A stretch of 64,000 nucleotides of DNA from a virus: the IMG/VR virus record IMGVR_UViG_2599185214_000003, one strand, 5' to 3'. The first letter of the stretch is position 1. Each line of letters opens with the position of its first letter. The notes below the pieces were generated by a model. That model saw only the letters and a program-made list of their open reading frames with translations. It was not told the origin of the DNA and made no database searches. The position numbers and the translations under genes were made by a program. Positions 1 through 9,400 of the stretch are shown here, piece after piece.

Positions 1-153
1 CGACCATCACCGGCCGAGTCACGCCGCCAAGCCAGGGAGTTCGAGCACTCGGCTGAAGCGGTGCGCATCGCGGAGGCGATCAACCGCCGGCCGACCCGCA
101 GGATGCCCTACAACCCGGAGACGGCCTCGGGAAACAGCCCAGGCTATTTCTGA
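1..153 (+). CDS. 3' end of an unidentified ORF (partial)
   Basis: Frame 1 is open from base 1 to TGA 151-153 (...RRMPYNPETASGNSPGYF*). Confidence 0.3.
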   Translation, partial: RPSPAESRRQAREFEHSAEAVRIAEAINRRPTRRMPYNPETASGNSPGYF

Positions 154-176
154 GGCCCCTGCCCTATCCTCCGCCC

Positions 177-917
177 ATGTGCAGCAACTACGAAGCTGTT
201 TCCCGCAAGGACCGCCTGCTGTCGTTCTTCGGGGTCATCCGAGAGGACGATGACCGTCCGGTGCTCACCTGGCCAACGGGCATGGCTCCGTTCATCCGAC
301 TTGCCGAAGACGGGTCCGGCAACCGCCGCGTCGATGACGGTGCTTTCGGCCTGCTGCCCGGGTTCGCCAAGGAGCTCGTCTACGGCAAGAAGACCTACAA
401 CGCCAAGGCCGAAACCATCGCCACGCTGCCGAGCTTCCGGAGCGCCTGGCGCACGGGCCAACGCTGCGTGATTCCTGCTGAAGCGATCTTCGAGCCCTAC
501 TACGAAACGGACGAGTCGAAGTCCGTGCGCTATCGCATCCAACAGCCTGGCGAGGTACCCATGGGCCTCGCCGGGATCTGGGAAAAGTGGACGACCCCGG
601 AAACCGGCGAAGAGCTTTTCAGCTTCGCGATGATCACGATCAACGCTGATGGCCATCCGGTAATGTCGCGCTTCCACCGGCCCGGCGAAGAGAAGCGCAT
701 GGTCGTGATCCTTGATCCTGAGGACTACGACGACTGGCTGAGCTGCCCCGTGCACGAGGCCCCGCGCTTCCTCCAGCAATGGATGGGACAGCTGGAAACC
801 CACGAGGCGCCGCTGGCCCCGCGGTTGAAGAAAGAGCGCCCCACTGGCGAGCGAGCTCCGAAGCGCGCAGCCAAGGGAACACCGACACCACCTCCTCCGC
901 AGTTGGACCTCTTTTAG
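177..917 (+). CDS. SOS response-associated peptidase (SRAP/YedK/HMCES family), abasic-site protection protein
   Basis: N-terminal MCSNY with catalytic Cys2; motifs YNAKAET, RCVIPA..IFEP, GIWE, MSRFH, RMVVIL. Confidence 0.9.
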   Translation: MCSNYEAVSRKDRLLSFFGVIREDDDRPVLTWPTGMAPFIRLAEDGSGNRRVDDGAFGLLPGFAKELVYGKKTYNAKAETIATLPSFRSAWRTGQRCVIPAEAIFEPYYETDESKSVRYRIQQPGEVPMGLAGIWEKWTTPETGEELFSFAMITINADGHPVMSRFHRPGEEKRMVVILDPEDYDDWLSCPVHEAPRFLQQWMGQLETHEAPLAPRLKKERPTGERAPKRAAKGTPTPPPPQLDLF

Positions 918-935
918 ACCCTCTACGATCGCGCC

Positions 936-1448
936 ATGACGACTCGCCCACGCATCTACCTTGCCGGCCCTGATGTTTTTCGGCCGAACGCGGCCGAGCA
1001 CTTCGCCGTGCTGACGGCGGTATGCGACTGCCTCGGCCTGGAGGCATTGGTGCCGTTCGACGATCAGGTAACCGCAGCGACCTCGCCGCAAGCAATCTAC
1101 GAGGCGAATATGCAGAAGCTGCGAGCGGCACAGGGCGTGGTGGCCAACCTTGAGCCCTTCCGCGGCGCTGAGCCGGATTCAGGCACCGTGTTCGAGGTGG
1201 GCGTGGCGGTGATGCTCGGGCTTCCAGTTGTCGCCTACGGTGTGCCGCCAGGCGATTACGTAAACCGCGTTGGCGAGCGTGCACCGCTGCACCGCGACGC
1301 TGGCGGAGTGCTCCGAGATCCGGACGGGATGGAAGTTGAGGACTTCGGCCTTCGGCTGAACCTGATGCTCTCGCACTCAGTCACCCAGGCCGCTGACGCC
1401 GAGGACGCGCTGAAGCAGCTTGCCGAACTGCTGAAGGCCTCGGCTTAG
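936..1448 (+). CDS. Nucleoside 2-deoxyribosyltransferase / nucleotide N-glycosidase family protein
   Basis: IYLAGPDVF and EPDSGTVFEVG (DxGTxxExG) motifs. Confidence 0.88.
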   Translation: MTTRPRIYLAGPDVFRPNAAEHFAVLTAVCDCLGLEALVPFDDQVTAATSPQAIYEANMQKLRAAQGVVANLEPFRGAEPDSGTVFEVGVAVMLGLPVVAYGVPPGDYVNRVGERAPLHRDAGGVLRDPDGMEVEDFGLRLNLMLSHSVTQAADAEDALKQLAELLKASA

Positions 1449-1966
1449 GGCTCAGTCAACGCGTCGGCGTATCGCTCGCAGATGGTGCCGGCGCCGTGGG
1501 AAGCGTCAGCGAATCGCCCCAGCTCCCGAAGAGCCGCTCCACTCCCGCCGAGCAGCTCGGTAAGCAGATCGAGGGCGGCTTCGGCTGGCGGGCTTCCACC
1601 GGCAACGAGGGGCGCAGCGCTGGCTGCACGGACGGCGGCGCGGAAGGCGTCGAGTTGTGCGCGCACCCGGAGCTCAGCACCAGCAGCGGAAGCAGCATCA
1701 GCACGAGCTGCGGCAATTTTTTGTTGGCCATCTTGAGTCACTCCGTCGACGCGAGCGCGCCAGGTCTGTTCTTGGGTGCGCTGCGCGCGCTCCGCGAAGC
1801 GTGCGGACTCTGCGGCTACGGCGCGGTAGTCGGCGAACTCCTTCTGCGCCGCGGCGGCATCGGTGCGAGCGTCGGCCGCGCGCGTGCGCTCGACGCATCC
1901 AACGCCCCACCCAGCGACCGCGACGGCCGCCAACAGCCATATCGCAATGTTGCGCAGATCCGGCAT
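1445..1966 (-). CDS. Inner-membrane spanin (Rz-like, DUF2514-like)
   Basis: MPDLRNIAIWLLAAVAVAGWG: N-terminal TM, then an Ala-rich coiled coil; last gene of the lysis cassette. Confidence 0.8.
   Translation of the reverse strand: MPDLRNIAIWLLAAVAVAGWGVGCVERTRAADARTDAAAAQKEFADYRAVAAESARFAERAQRTQEQTWRARVDGVTQDGQQKIAAARADAASAAGAELRVRAQLDAFRAAVRAASAAPLVAGGSPPAEAALDLLTELLGGSGAALRELGRFADASHGAGTICERYADALTEP
1456..1731 (-). CDS. Outer-membrane spanin lipoprotein (Rz1-like), embedded in the i-spanin gene
   Basis: Lipobox LVLSSGC and Pro-rich mature part, in an alternate frame inside the Rz-like gene. Confidence 0.8.
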   Translation of the reverse strand: MANKKLPQLVLMLLPLLVLSSGCAHNSTPSAPPSVQPALRPSLPVEARQPKPPSICLPSCSAGVERLFGSWGDSLTLPTAPAPSASDTPTR

Positions 1967-1967
1967 G

Positions 1968-2540
1968 TCAAGCGACCTGCAGTGCGGCCACGATGTCGGC
2001 GGCCGTGCTGGCGGCCGTGAGCGTGCCGATGGCGGTGATTGCGCCGGCACTGAGCCTGGGCGTGTTGCCGGCCAACGCTGTGCCAGCGGCGGTGCCCACT
2101 GCCAAGTTCGAGGTGCCGGCGCCGATGGCGGTTCGCGCCGCGGCCGCATCCGCTCCCGCAGCAATGACGGCAGGCTTGCTGGTCACCTCGCTCCACGCGG
2201 GCGCATAGTTGCCCGCCTTGGCCGTGGCCGCTGTAGTCCCGATCGCTAGGCTGCTGGTGCCTGCGCCGATAGCCGAGCGTACGGCAGCGGCATCGGCCGA
2301 CGTCAGGACCGATCTTCCGATCGCGCTCGCATCGGTGATGTCGTCGGACGTGACCGTCGACGGGCCGCCGGAACCTCCATCCGGCGTACCCTTGATAACG
2401 ACTTGCACCACTTCGTCGGGATAGAGGGCGACAGCGAACGGCGGGCCGAAGGGCTGGAAGCCTTCGGCGATGCGGGCCGCCATGATCGTGTCGATCTGGT
2501 TCATCGGCGCGTGAACGAGCCGGTATTCGGTGATTGCCAT
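1968..2540 (-). CDS. Putative head/tail fibre-like virion protein
   Basis: Two copies of an ADAAAxRxAIGAGTSxLAxGTxAxTAxAGN repeat, a type seen in phage fibre proteins; DUF1737-like N-terminus (tentative). Confidence 0.55.
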   Translation of the reverse strand: MAITEYRLVHAPMNQIDTIMAARIAEGFQPFGPPFAVALYPDEVVQVVIKGTPDGGSGGPSTVTSDDITDASAIGRSVLTSADAAAVRSAIGAGTSSLAIGTTAATAKAGNYAPAWSEVTSKPAVIAAGADAAAARTAIGAGTSNLAVGTAAGTALAGNTPRLSAGAITAIGTLTAASTAADIVAALQVA

Positions 2541-2564
2541 AGAAGCTGTCCTTTCTGAATTGAT

Positions 2565-3125
2565 CTACTGGGCAGCCACGCAGGCACGGTGTCGCGCCTG
2601 CTGGCGCAACCACACGCCCTTGCAGCCCTTCGGTCCCCAGTTCTGCGGCAACGCGCAGTCGCGGCCGGCCTGGAAGCGGTAGCGCGGAAGTGCATCGCAG
2701 GCGGCGCGCGGCCGCCCGGCCAGCAGCTCGCGGCGCATGCTCGAATCCGTCCAGTTGCGCATGCCGTACTGCCCCACGAAGTCGAGATAGAGATCGAACT
2801 CCTCCTGGGTCAGCTTCACGCCCGGCAAGGATGCGGCGAAGCGTTGCTCTTCCGCCCGGTTCAGGTTGCGCGCGAGCTCCTCGGCGCGCTGGCGCGTGAT
2901 CGGAGGATCCGCGAGCGTTACACGCTGGCCATCTTCATAGCGGGTCGAGCCGTGCCCTATGGTCGGCACGTCGCCTTGCGTCGGGACATAGGGGTGTAGC
3001 ACCTCCACACCATCTTCCCGCACCGTCACCGGCCCATCGCCCTCCTGCGCCTTCCAGGCGCCGAAGCCCGCTGCCGACAGCGTGAGAACCGCGACCGCGA
3101 TGCGTACACGGCTGGGGGCGGCCAT
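2565..3125 (-). CDS. SAR-type endolysin, GH24 / T4-lysozyme-like
   Basis: Start ATG 3125 overlaps the holin stop. Hydrophobic N-terminus AVAVLTLSAAGFGAW, then QEG...GDVPTIGHGST; C-terminal Cys residues. Confidence 0.88.
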   Translation of the reverse strand: MAAPSRVRIAVAVLTLSAAGFGAWKAQEGDGPVTVREDGVEVLHPYVPTQGDVPTIGHGSTRYEDGQRVTLADPPITRQRAEELARNLNRAEEQRFAASLPGVKLTQEEFDLYLDFVGQYGMRNWTDSSMRRELLAGRPRAACDALPRYRFQAGRDCALPQNWGPKGCKGVWLRQQARHRACVAAQ

Positions 3126-3436
3126 CAGTCTGTCTCCGTCGGGCGCAGAGCTGCCCATTCGCTGGGCGTGAGCACCAGGCGCGGCTTGGGTTTGATCCAG
3201 CCGATTCGCTCGAAGAAGGGGCGCCAGAACTTCTTCCAGCAGAACTCCGCGAGCAGCGCCACGGTGTAGATGGCGGCGGCTGCCGACGCGATGTTCGGCC
3301 AGTTCAGCACGAGCAGGTCGGAAAACATCGACGTCGCCTTGCTCGCGCTCTCCACGACCTGCGCCCCGGCGGCGGATGCGATCGCGGCCCCGGCCTTCAC
3401 GGCGGGTGCGCTGATGGTGGTGGGGTCTTCGTTCAT
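3125..3436 (-). CDS. Holin-like membrane protein
   Basis: 103 aa, one hydrophobic segment and a basic C-terminal part, directly upstream of the endolysin. Confidence 0.65.
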   Translation of the reverse strand: MNEDPTTISAPAVKAGAAIASAAGAQVVESASKATSMFSDLLVLNWPNIASAAAAIYTVALLAEFCWKKFWRPFFERIGWIKPKPRLVLTPSEWAALRPTETD

Positions 3437-3442
3437 GCCCGA

Positions 3443-3483
3443 ATGATTCCGGGCATGCGTTGCGAAGCGAAACCCTACAGGGG
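3443..3483 (-). promoter_or_regulatory. Late-promoter motif copy 1 (holin)
   Basis: CCCCTGTAGGG-N24-AATCAT, then 6 nt to ATG 3436. Confidence 0.75.
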
Positions 3484-3487
3484 CCTC

Positions 3488-6400
3488 CTACACCTCCGCC
3501 CGCGCTCGCGCCGCCTCCTCGCGCATCTGGGCGCGCATGGCGCGCGGTGCCGTGTCGGCGATCCGCTGGTCCTTCGACTTCTGCATTTCCCGCACACGAC
3601 GCATGACGTCGGGGATGCGGATCAGCATCGGCTGCTCGGGATTCTTGGCGTTCCAGTCGGCCACAGCCGCGCGCGCATCGCGCACCTTCGTCTCGTCCTT
3701 TTCGAAGATGCCCGCGGCCCACTGCGCGCGGATCTCCTGCGCCCGCATGTTGTAGAAGCCCTTGGCCTGCTGGTTGATGCTGTTGGCCTCCTGGATCGTG
3801 GCCACGCTCTGCGGCTGGAATCCGATCGCCTTCAGCGCCGCCTCAAGCTGGGTCGTCTCCAAGACCTTGTACCCCTTGGCGTCGCGGTACATGCCCGTTG
3901 CAGCCATGTCCACGCCCTTCGCAGCGTTGCGCACGGCCGTGGGGGCGATCTCCATCGCGCCCGCTCCAACGTTGCCTTGCGCGACCTTCAAAGCGCCGGA
4001 GAAGATGCGGCTGACGAAGTCGCCCGCGGGCCCGGCGATCTCGAGCACGTCTCGCGTGTGGTTGGTCTTCTGCTGCAGCAGGCCAGTGCCCGGGATCAGG
4101 TTGCCCATGCCCAAGCGGCCCGAGACGTCAAGCGGCGCGCCAGGCAGGCCGCTCACGCCCTTGTCGAGGAAGTCCGCGATGCCCTTCGGCAGCATGGCTT
4201 CCAGCGCTTCCTGGCGCGCCTTCTTCGCCGAGAAGTTGTAGCCCAGCAGCTGGGCCAGCCCGTCGACCGCGTCCTCGATGTCTTCCGCGAACGGCAAGCC
4301 GCCCGAGCCTCCCATCATCATCAGGGTGCCCAGCGCCAACAGCGCGGCGCGCTTCCCTTCCGGTCCACCCTGCGTGTACATGCGGTGCAGGAGCTCGAGA
4401 TAGGCGATGGAGTAGGTCTTGAACGTCATCAGCGTGCCGCCGACGGCGCCGCGCCCCCACTGCATCTTCGAGGCCTTCGAATAGACGAACTGCGTCTCCT
4501 TCACGGCCCGGCTGGCGAACGCGGCAGGATCCGCCTCGCCGCGATCGCGCGCCACGCGGTATGCCGCTATGAAAGTGATGCGGCGGTTGACCTGCTCGGC
4601 CGCGCCGAAGACCTTGCCCCAGGCGAGCGAGAGGCGGGACAGCGCATTCTGTCCGGCAGCGCGCGCCTCGCCCAACCGCGTGCCGTCGCCGGCCCGCAGC
4701 GAGCCCGAGCCGCGGGCCTGGGCCATCAGCTGGTGCACCTCTTGCGGGCTGACGACGCCGTCCTCCTCGGCAGCCTTCAAGGCCTTCGCGAGATCCGGCT
4801 CGTACTGAAAGCCCTTCGTGGCCATGTCCTTGGCGGCGCCGCCCAGCGCCGCGGCCGCCTTGCGCGCTCCACCGAACTGACTGAGCCACGGGAAGGTCAC
4901 CGCCACGGGTTGGGTCATGTTCACGAACGCCGACGCGATCGAACCGCCCAGGTACTGCGCGAAGAGCAGGCCGCGCACGGCCTGGGCCTCCTCCTGCGGG
5001 TTCTTCACATACTCGGCCAAGCGGACCGCCACGTCCTTCAGCTCGCCCTGCTCCTTCGGGATCGCCGTGACCGCTTCGCCCAGGTCGCCCATGTTCAGGC
5101 CGGCGGCGGTCTGCCGCGCGTTGGAGTAGATGAAGCTGGCCAGCACGCGGCCCACGTCCTCGCTGAAGCCGGCGATGCCCTTGCGGTGGATCAGGCGCCG
5201 CATCGCGCTGCGGTTGGTCTTCGTGAGCTTCAGGTACTCCTGGAAGGCCTGGTCCTGTGCGCGATCGCCGGTGGAGTCGAGGCCCAGCGCGTTGCCAAAC
5301 AGCTCGAGTGTTTCCGGTGTCACGCCGGCGAACATCTTGAAGGCCTCCTCGGACAGCGTGCCCTGCCCCACGGCGTCCTCCCCGAACTCGGCGCGCATGC
5401 GCGCCGCCATCGTGTTGGCCTCGCGCGCGGTCTCGAACAAGCCGAAGTACTGCCGGTCGCCCTTCGCGTCCACGACGTCGACCGTGTAGCGGCCGAAGCG
5501 CGACAGAGGCGCGTAGCCGCGCGCCTGCAGGTCGCGCACCTTGTCGGCCCGGTCGATGATGCCGTTGGCGGTGTTCATCAGCATCGTGGAGCGGTCGGGC
5601 TGGTCGGTGGCCAGCTGCGCAAGGTGATCGCGGATCAGCACTGCGGCCGCCTGCGCGTCCGGCGCATCCATCACCATCGTGCGCAGGCCCTTCGCATCAT
5701 CGCCGGCGAAGCGCAGCATGTCGGCGCGCGCCATGGTGTCGAGGCTGCGGTTCGTCGCGTCTCGGAACTCTCGGTACAGCGCGACCTGGTCATCGTTCAG
5801 CTGGAACATGCTGCGCAGCTCGGCGTCGCTCCAGACGACCCCGGGCTGCAGCATGCGCGATTCGTAGCGTGAGGCCACCGCCTTCTCGTAGGACTCGAGT
5901 GGCATGCCCTGCCAGGCCTTGAGCATGCGCTCGTCGATCATGCCGTTGCGCAGCAGGCGCTGCGCCTTCTGCTCGGCGGTGAACCCGGCCGCGGCATCGA
6001 TCAGTTCCTGCACCTGCACAGGCTTGCCCTGCTCGTCTCGCGCCCAGGTCAGCGTTCCCTCGAAGACGGGCTTGGCCACTGCCGTGTTGGCGGCGGCGGA
6101 GATCGGCGACTTCTTTATGTCGCGCCACGTTTCGAGCTTCGGCAGCAGCTTGGGCGCCAGCTCAGCCGCGTCGGTCGCGTAGTGGCTCACGTCGTCGACG
6201 AAGCCCTGGGCAGCATCGAACACCGGCTTGAAGGCCGGCGAGCGCTCTGCCAGGTTGTACATGGTGCCGATAGTCTTGTGCCACCAGCTGAGCCGGCCTG
6301 GCGCGGAGAATGTCTTGTTGAGCTCGGCCGCAGCGGTGCGCGCGTACTCGCCCACGGTCGACCGGCTGAACATGATGTCCGGGTTCGACTCATCGAAGGT

Positions 6401-9400
6401 GCCAGCGTTGCGGTTCGCACTCTTGATCTGCGTCGGCTGGAAGGCAACGAACTCGCGCTCGCCGCCCTTGTGGTTCACGATGATGCCGTCGTAGCCACGG
6501 CTGGCGAGCTCTTGTCGGACGTAGTCCGCGTCCATTTCGGCCCCGGGCTGCTCCATCACCTCGTTGACCACGTCCATCGGGGCGGGGTTCTTGATCGACA
6601 GGTAGACCTCGAGCGTTCGACCTTCGTCTCCCTGCGCATAGCCGTCCGCCGCCTGCTTCGAGTCAGTGAAGTAGAAGCCATTGCCCCAATCGGTGTTGCC
6701 GTTGCCCTCGCCGATGAAATCGTCATCGAAGGCCGTGAAGGCTTGGTCGGTGCCGTGATAGACAACGAGTGGTTTGCCCGCGTCGTCCACCACCTTGCTG
6801 TCCCCAAACCACGCGCGGAATGCGGGCTCGTCGGTCTGGTCCGCGCCGGCGGCCGCCTCGGCCGTCGGGTTGACGCTGTAGATGCGATCGAGGACACTAC
6901 GGATTGCTCCGGCACCCGCTCTGGCCTGCACCCCAGCTTCCGCTGCATCTGCACCAGTTTTGAAGGCGGTCTGCCGGAGTTTTTCTTTCAGGACTACCTC
7001 GTGCACGTACATGCGCTTGGCATTCGAGTCCGCCCTCACCAGCACTACCTCCACCATGTCGCGATCGCCAATGCGTACCGGCGCGGCCACGTGGTAGACC
7101 ATGCCAGCGTCGCGCGAGCCTTCCATCGCCTCGGCGTGGATGATCTTGCCGTTCTTCAACACGTCGGGCACCGCGGCAAAGGCGGTTGCCTTGTCGCGGC
7201 CGATGCCGTGGAACAGGCTGCTCTTCACGGCCTGCCGGTCTAGCGACACCAGCCCGATACCCGGCACGTCGACCTGCGCGTTGCCCGTGCTCTCGTAGAA
7301 CTGGGTCACCTTCTCGGTCAGCGGCACGCCGTCGGCCGCGAATTCTTTCCCGGTCATTGCCGCCACCGGCGCGCCTTCCAGGAACTCGCGGCTGTCGGCG
7401 TCAGCATCGGCGCCCTCTGCGCGGCTGAAGGCCAGCCGGGCGCCCGACTTGGCAGCGCCGGCACCGCGTTCCACGAACTGGCGCGCCGGCAAGATGAAGT
7501 TGCGGATGATCTCGTCGTCGGTCAAGCGCAGGCCTCGGAAGCCCGGGACGTGCTCGCGCAACCAGGTGCGGATCGCTGCCACCGCGCGCCGCACGAAGTG
7601 CAGCTCCGGAGTGTTCTGCGCCATCTCCGCCAGCACCTCTTCGGCCGCCGCCCGGCGGTCGAGCTTGCTGACGCCTCGCAGGCCGTACTCGCGGATCTTC
7701 GCGTCCACGTCCGCGCGCCGCATCGTGGCGATCTGGTTGAGCACGTCGTCGAGCTGCTTGCCGAACGCGCCGCGCAGGCCGTGGTGGCCGAGCACCTCGT
7801 GGTACAGCACACGCGCCGCATCCTCTTGGCTGGCCAGCCGTGATGCCATCAGGTAGGCCTTGCCGCGGTAGTAGAACCCCTCCGGTGCGCCGCGGGCTCC
7901 GCCGCTGCGCTGGCGCAGGTCGGCGCGGCGGGCCGCCTCGGGGACGACCGCATCGTTCATGTCGAAGGCCACCACGATCTCCGGGGCATTCCCCCAGGCG
8001 CGGCGGATGGCGTCGACCGTCTTCTGCACGCTGTGCACTGCCTGAATGCGCGCGCGCGGCGAGTACGGCATGCGGCTCAGCAGGCGCATTGCTTCAGCGG
8101 CAGCCGGCGTCATGCTTGAGAGACCGTCATCTGAGCGGCGGAACAGAGCCACGTTGCCGCCATCGCCTTCGCGCGTCTGGATCACACCGACCAGCTTGTC
8201 CAACGCCTGGTTGATGGCAATGCGCTCCGCTCCATGCGGGAAGGGGCGCTTGACGCCCCAGGGCGTCATGATGGCGGCGTTCTCCGGCCCATAGTTCAGG
8301 AATGGACTCACGCCGCCGCGCTCTGCAACCTTGTCCTCAACGTAGCCCTGGAAGGCGCGGGCCGCCATCTCGTGCGGCGAGGTCCAGTAGTCCTGTCCCC
8401 GCCCCTGGTCCAGTTCACGCGCGTCCATGGCGAAACTGGTTGGCACGGAACGGATCTTCTCGGTGCTCTGCTGCGCGTCCGCCAGCATCTTCAAACGCTG
8501 GCTGTAGCGCTGCATGTCGCCGCGCAAGGTATCGAGCGTGCCCCTCTGGTCCGCACTGAAGCCGCCTTGGCCGCGCACAGCCTTGAGAATGCCGCTCATC
8601 TTCTCCAGCACGTCATTCGTCCACCGGTAACCGGCCAGGCGCGCGGCAGCCGACGGGTTCTTGGATTGGATGCGAAGCTCCAGCGCCTCACCGTTGATGA
8701 TCTGCTGGGCCAGCGTGTCGAACTCGGCCAGCTGCGCGGCCGTTGCCGGCTTGTTGTTGCGCTTGAAATAGTCGGGCAGCTTCTCCGAAAGGTTCTTCCG
8801 GATGCCTGCCAGTCGGTCCTCCACGTCCTTGCGCGACGCGCCCACGAACCTGTCGGCCTTCGCGGTGTCCTCAATGTACTGCTCGGCCTTGCGCGTCATG
8901 GTGTTCATCAGGTCGCGATAGGCCTCCTGAACCTCGGCGCACATGCCCGACCGCTCGCCCCGCGTGCCGCCGCTGGCAGCGTTGCGCTCGAAGTCGTTGT
9001 TGATCTTCAGCGATCGCGTTCCGTCCTTGTCGGTCACCCATTCGGTGGGCGCCTTGCCGTCCTGACGGCCGAAGTAGTGGTCAAGGGCATGGAACCACTC
9101 GTGCGCCAGCGACCCCGCGCCGTTCATCTTCGTCAGGTTGATGACCGCCTTCGCCGGCTCATAGTGCGCGCGCGCGCCGCTCAGTCCGCTGCCGCGGGCG
9201 CCGAAGGCCAGCGCCAGTTCGCCATTGAGGCTGATCGCGCGGGGCGGAATGCCCATCACGTCGGCCAGGTCCAGCAGGCCATCGTAGGCATCGTTCAGCA
9301 GTTGCTGCCGATCTGCCTGGTTGTTCCAGTTGCCGAACTCCACTCCGCGGAAGCCGAAGGTGCTGGTGAAGTCGTTGTCCTTCACGTCGGACTCGCGCCG

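Noticed and set aside
1-176. Left attachment site or LexA box upstream of SRAP
   Set aside because: No CTGT-N8-ACAG box and no tRNA-end or direct repeat identifiable; the other prophage end is outside the window.
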